DNA from: Myxococcota bacterium
GTDB lineage: Bacteria; Myxococcota; JACRCW01
Direction of reading: 5' to 3'
NCBI GenBank assembly: GCA_040752415.1
Contig: JBFMGU010000092.1
Span: forward strand, 1 to 37,277
Length of the DNA: 37,277 nucleotides
Shown here piece after piece: positions 32,683-37,277 of the stretch (position 1 is its first letter; each line of letters begins with the position of its first letter). The notes under the pieces were generated by a model. The model made no database searches, had not been told where the DNA came from, and was given only the letters and a program-made list of their open reading frames with translations. Position numbers and translations under genes: made by a program.

Positions 32683-35265
32683 TCAAGCCGAGACCGCGCT
32701 CTTGCGACCCGCGCGCGCCCCCGCGGCCAGCTCACCGGGCTGCTTCTGCTTGAGACCCACCTCGGCGACGATCTGCTGCAGGATGGTGGCGTTGAAGTCG
32801 CCGCGCGCCTGCGCGTACAGGCAGGTGTGGTGGGCGCGGGCGCCAAAGCGCCGCTTCTCCGTCTCCGCGTCCATGCCCAGGTGCATGTGCGTCATGCCCA
32901 GCTCCTGGGCGCGCTTGAGGGAGCGCCAGGCCATCTGACGGTAGGCGCCGTGGCTCAGCACGTAGCGGTAGTCCAGTCCGCAGAAGAGCGGCGCGTAGTG
33001 CGTGCCGTGCACGTGGGCCGCCCAGAATGCCACCGGGGTGCCCTCCGGGGGACCGCCGGCGCTGGGCTCCAGGTGCAGCACCCCCAGCTCCCAGGCCGGG
33101 GAGCTGAGGAGGTGGGGGAGCAGGTTCTCGGGCAGCTCAAAGGCGTTGAAGCGCAGCTTGGCGCGCGCCACGTTCTGGTACAGGCCGTGGAGGTAGCCCA
33201 GCTCCGCGGGAGGGAGCGCGCCCGCGTTGCCCATCCGCTGGCCGTAGACGCCCACCCGGTAACCCGGCGCGGCATCCATGATCTCCCGCACCTGCCGGCG
33301 CCAGTAGCGTGAGAGCCCCTTGAGGAACTGCTCGTCGGTGCCCTGGTGGACCTCCAGGATGTGGCTGTCCAGGTTGGGCACCTTCACGTAGCCCTGGCCG
33401 AGCAGGAACTCGTCCATCTCGGGGTCATCACCGGGCAGGTCGCGCAGGATGATGACGTCGGTCTGCTGCTCCTCGTGGATGTTGCCCGCCAACTCCAACA
33501 GCCGCTGCAGTCCGGCGCGCCACGGCCCGGCGCGGTTGATGTACAGGTGGTTGCCCTCCGAGAGCCCGCCGCCCATCTGCAGCACGGGGCTGGTGAGGAA
33601 GTACGGGTCGGTCCGACGACGCTCCTCCACCGCCTGGCTCACCTCCGCGCGCATCAGGAAGTCATCCTTCTGCAGGTTGGTGGTGAAGAACGTGGCCGCC
33701 ACCGGGGCACCGCCCGGCTCGCGCACCACGCCGTAGTGGAATCCCCAGTTGTGCTCGGGCCGCGGCTGCGCCTGGAAGCACCGCTCCGCCAGCTGCATGG
33801 CCTCGTGGCTGCAACAGCCTGCCGTCCCCATCAGGGCATCCCACTCGCGGGGCTCCAGGTCATGGATGGTGCGGACATGCTGGACCACCAGCGTGGCGGG
33901 ATCCGCGTCCAGCCCGGTGCGCTGCCAGTTGCGCGGCGCGCTGTAGCGGGAGCGCGCGCTGGCCTCCTCCACCAGCGTGGCCACGTAGCGGTTGCGCTTG
34001 CCGTCTGGCCGCGTGACGGCGTTCTGGAACAGCGCGTCCAGATCCTCACGGGTGATCCCCTCCTCGCGCAGCACCGCGGGCACGTGCACCGAAAGCGAGG
34101 CCACCAGCGCGTCGATCTGCTCGAGCGTGTGGTTGGCGGTGATGCCCAGGCGCACGCCGCCGCGCTTCATGGGCACCGCGGGATACATGGACACGTTGAC
34201 GTAGAAACCATCCTTGCACAGGCGTTCCGCCACTTCTGCGGCCACGCGCGGCAAACCCAGGCGGATGAACCGCACCGGCGTGGTGGTGTCGGCCAGCAGG
34301 GGGAGATCCGCTTCCCGAAGGCGCTGGTTGGTGTATTCGATGCGCTCCTGCAGCTTCTGTTGCAGCGCGGGGAGCTCGTCGGTGAGATGCACGCGCGCGC
34401 TGCCCAGGGCCGCCCCCAGCAGCGGCGGCTGCAGCGGCCCGGAGAACACCATGGGACCGCCGCACATGCGCACGCGCTCGGCCTCCTCGCGGTTGGCAAA
34501 AACCAGCGCGGCCCCGCCGGCCGCAAACGCCTTGGCCAGGCTGGTGGCCACCACGATGCGCTCCGTGAGGGGCATGCGCGAGAGGAACGAGCCGCGCCCG
34601 TGCTTGCCCGCCCAGCTCATGCCGTGGGCGTCGTCGATGTAGAGCCGGACGTTGGGCGCGGCATCCAGGATCTCCTGCAGCAGCTCCACCGGCGCCATTT
34701 CGCCGTACATGCTGGTCACGCCGTCGGTGGCGAACCACACCGTGCGGTAGCGCGCCGCCAGCTGGCGCACCAGGTCCACCGCGCGCTCCAGCTCATTGTG
34801 GCGCACCACCTCCACGTGCGCGCCCACGCTGCGCGCCAGCACCGCGGCACGCTGCACGCTGTAGTGGACGTGGTGATCCATGACGATGGCGTCCTTCTCC
34901 GTCAGGAACACGTCCATGAACGCCTGGTGCGCCAGCGTGGTGGTCTGCACGGTGATCACGTGGGCGTCGAAGATGCGGCACATCCGCTCTTCAAACTCCG
35001 TGTACCAGGGACTGCTCAGATAGCCGCGCGAGCTCGCGAACTGCGTTCCAAAGCGGTCCACCGCTTCATGCACGCAGCGGATCATCTCCGGGTGGTACTC
35101 CAGGCCCAGGTAGCTGCAGGTACCAAAGGAGGTCAGCTCGCGACCGTTCAGCGTGATGATGCGGTCACGGATCTCCTGGTCCTCGGCAGTCTGGAAGAAC
35201 AACCCTCGTCGACGAGCATCCGCGTGCAGCGTCTCGACAACCTGCAGGAACTCACTGGCCTCCAT
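32683..35265 (-). CDS. Fusion of a PLP-dependent alpha-oxoamine synthase (AONS/SPT/KBL family) with a C-terminal GNAT/FemAB-like domain
   Basis: FGTCSYLGL, DGVTSMYG, DDAHG, TSLAKAF (PLP Lys), YPAVP; the C-terminal half has FCGLDY...YRQM...HLG...EKRRFGA. GGAGG RBS. Confidence 0.85.
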   Translation of the reverse strand: MEASEFLQVVETLHADARRRGLFFQTAEDQEIRDRIITLNGRELTSFGTCSYLGLEYHPEMIRCVHEAVDRFGTQFASSRGYLSSPWYTEFEERMCRIFDAHVITVQTTTLAHQAFMDVFLTEKDAIVMDHHVHYSVQRAAVLARSVGAHVEVVRHNELERAVDLVRQLAARYRTVWFATDGVTSMYGEMAPVELLQEILDAAPNVRLYIDDAHGMSWAGKHGRGSFLSRMPLTERIVVATSLAKAFAAGGAALVFANREEAERVRMCGGPMVFSGPLQPPLLGAALGSARVHLTDELPALQQKLQERIEYTNQRLREADLPLLADTTTPVRFIRLGLPRVAAEVAERLCKDGFYVNVSMYPAVPMKRGGVRLGITANHTLEQIDALVASLSVHVPAVLREEGITREDLDALFQNAVTRPDGKRNRYVATLVEEASARSRYSAPRNWQRTGLDADPATLVVQHVRTIHDLEPREWDALMGTAGCCSHEAMQLAERCFQAQPRPEHNWGFHYGVVREPGGAPVAATFFTTNLQKDDFLMRAEVSQAVEERRRTDPYFLTSPVLQMGGGLSEGNHLYINRAGPWRAGLQRLLELAGNIHEEQQTDVIILRDLPGDDPEMDEFLLGQGYVKVPNLDSHILEVHQGTDEQFLKGLSRYWRRQVREIMDAAPGYRVGVYGQRMGNAGALPPAELGYLHGLYQNVARAKLRFNAFELPENLLPHLLSSPAWELGVLHLEPSAGGPPEGTPVAFWAAHVHGTHYAPLFCGLDYRYVLSHGAYRQMAWRSLKRAQELGMTHMHLGMDAETEKRRFGARAHHTCLYAQARGDFNATILQQIVAEVGLKQKQPGELAAGARAGRKSAVSA

Positions 35266-35447
35266 GGGCACACCTCCGTGGGCGGCTGGCGTGCTCCCTC
35301 CCAGGAAGCTGCGAAGGACCACCGCACGCCCAACACCGTGTTGGCTCCCACGCTCGTCGGAGTTGGCTCCTGGCGCAATGTGTTCATGGATACGCTACCC
35401 TCCGCTAAGCGCCTTCAGTGTGCGAAGGGTGGCGTCGGGGAGCGCGC

Positions 35448-35723
35448 TTAGCGACCGGATCCACGCGTGGAGGAGTCCGCAACGGCGCGCAGGATGTCCA
35501 GGGCGCGTTGCCGGCACTGCGACTCCTCCTCACAACCACAGGTCCGCTCCAGGTGGCGCATGGCGGCCAGCATGGAGCTGCGCAGGCGCTGGTTGTCGGC
35601 CATGACGTGCTGGAGATGCTGGTAGCCTTCTTCAGCGTCCCGCTCCGCCTCGCGCACCACCTTGGCGATGTGCGAGAGCACGGATTGGTTGTAGATGTCG
35701 TCGTCCCAGTCGTGATTCGGCAT
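35448..35723 (-). CDS. Small hypothetical coiled-coil protein
   Basis: MPNHDWDDDIYNQ...LQHVMADNQRLRSSM: helical, with typical codon usage. The RBS is weak. Confidence 0.5.
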   Translation of the reverse strand: MPNHDWDDDIYNQSVLSHIAKVVREAERDAEEGYQHLQHVMADNQRLRSSMLAAMRHLERTCGCEEESQCRQRALDILRAVADSSTRGSGR

Positions 35724-36019
35724 TGTTGGCGTCCGCCGTGCGCACGCCGCAGAGATCGCACCCCCGCCATCCCCCCGGCCCGCTTCCTGTGGATCACGGT
35801 AGCACTCCAACGCGTCGGCCGTCACGGGGTGGGGCTTCGTCATTTTTCGTGCACCCTGAAGCTCCCCTCAGCGGGGCGCATCCAGCAGAAACAGGCCAGG
35901 AGTCCGGACGCATCCCGGCGAACGCGGATCACCCCGGCGGGAGTGACGAAAGCTGACGGGCGGGCCCCCTTTGGGCTTATGGTAGCCGCCCCCCGGGGGC
36001 TGGTTGTGGGAGGCACGGA

Positions 36020-36924
36020 ATGAGGCGCGTGCTCAAGTGGGTGGGCATCACGGTGGCGACGTTGACGGGTGTGTTGGGCGTGGTGATGGCGGTGACCAAC
36101 TACCTGTCACTACAGAAGATCAACCACGTCTGGGACGTGCAGCCACAGGCGATACAGATTCCGGATGACGCGGTGTCGCAGAAGGAAGGTCAGCGCCTGT
36201 TCGGCGCGCGCGGCTGCGCCAAGTGCCACGGAGAGGACGGCGCCGGGGTGCTCATCCTGGACAACCCGCTCATTGGCACCTTGTGGGGAGCCAACCTGAC
36301 CCCGGGTGAAGGTGGCGTGGTGCGCAACTACACCGGCGCCGACTGGGTGCGCACCGTGCGCCACGGCATCAAGCCCAACGGGTACCCGCTGCAGGTGATG
36401 GACTCCAAGGAATACCAGTACATGAGCGACCGCGACCTCGGCCTGATCGTGTCGTTCATCCGCAGCCTGCCTCCGGTGAGCCGCGCGACGCCGCCGCAGC
36501 GCATCTCCGTGCTCTCGCACATGTGGCACGGGCTGGGCCTGCTGGAGGTGACCACCGCCGACCAGGTGGACCACCAGCGACGTCACGACGCCGATCCTCC
36601 GCCGGGGGCCACGCCGGAGTTCGGCAAGCATCTCCTCCGCCTGCAGTGCCAGGGCTGCCACGGTGATGGCCTGTCCGGGGGCAAGCTCACCGGCGCTCCC
36701 GGCCTTCCCATTCCCCCAACCTCACCCCCGACATGGAGACGGGCCTGGGGCGCTGGTCTTTTGAGCAGTTCGCCACGGTCATGCGCACGGGGCGTCGTCC
36801 CGACGGGCGCGTGCTGGACAAGTTCATGCCCTGGGACACCTACGCGCACATGTCCGACGACGAGCTGACCGCCATCTGGCAGTACCTGCGCAGCCTGGAG
36901 CCCAAGCCCTTCGGCGGGCGTTAG
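36020..36924 (+). pseudogene. Membrane-anchored diheme cytochrome c with a frameshift at a C5 run (36713-36717)
   Basis: CAKCH...GANLTPG and CQGCH lie in one frame. The expected PNLTPDMETGLGRWS...MPW...MSDDELTAIWQYLRSL continues in another frame. One extra C restores a single ORF. Confidence 0.8.
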
Positions 36925-37019
36925 CACCGCAGGCACGTTGGCGAAGCCCGGCGATCCGGACTCCGCGCCTCGCCCCTGCCTCCCAACCGACGCCGCAACG
37001 GTCCGCCCAGGACATCCTC

Positions 37020-37205
37020 GAATCCCGCGCACGACACTTCGCCCACGTCAGGGCTCGCGTCGGAACAATCTGCCCGTCGGGATGACGGACGTCGTGAGCG
37101 GGCCGCGACCTGGAATCCCGCGCACGACACTTCGCCCACGTCAGGGCTTGCGTCGGAACATTCTGCCCGTCGGGATTGCAGACGTCGTGAGCGGGCCGCG
37201 ACCTG
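37020..37205. repeat. Two tandem ~93-bp near-identical repeats
   Basis: GAATCCCGCGCACGACACTTCGCCCACGTCAGGGCT...GACGTCGTGAGCGGGCCGCGACCTG starts at 37020 and again at 37113. Confidence 0.9.
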
Positions 37206-37277
37206 GAGTGCGGCGGGCCCTCGCCGCCCTGGCCAGCGCCGCGCGGGTTCCGCACCTGCCAACCGGTCCACCCATGC

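Noticed and set aside
35800..36010. Possible structured RNA (GCTTCGTCAT / GTGACGAAAGC complementarity)
   Set aside because: Only a short imperfect pairing, with no match to an RNA family I recognise.
37020..37205. Possible CRISPR array
   Set aside because: The 93-bp units are near-identical throughout, with no unique spacers and no cas genes.

Overview
GC-rich (~70% by eye) bacterial DNA whose gene content (Myxococcus Cys-rich repeats, DUF4388, DAG/DAA-linker lipoproteins) points to Myxococcota. About 21 genes are supportable. The left half is a cell-surface locus: three very large repeat-rich lipoproteins, one ending in an EPN/WND C-type lectin domain, flank three glycosyltransferases (GT4, a GT22/Alg9/PIG-B-like GT-C, an ArnT-like GT-C). 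The best candidate for a new system is a stand-alone divergent EF-Tu paralog (21635-22822, minus). It has substitutions at known elfamycin-resistance positions and is preceded by a sigma70-like promoter, a leaderless 31-aa Ser(TCG)-rich uORF, an antiterminator and an intrinsic terminator, which together look like a ribosome-stalling attenuator. The right half holds accessory genes: a YVTN propeller, an HExxH peptidase, a SnoaL-like protein, RamB/PrpR and HxlR regulators, a cupin, an AONS-GNAT fusion and a frameshifted diheme cytochrome c. There are also several long intergenic palindromes and a dispersed/tandem repeat family. No rRNA, tRNA, CRISPR array or transposase was seen. All calls come from motif recognition by eye; no searches were run.
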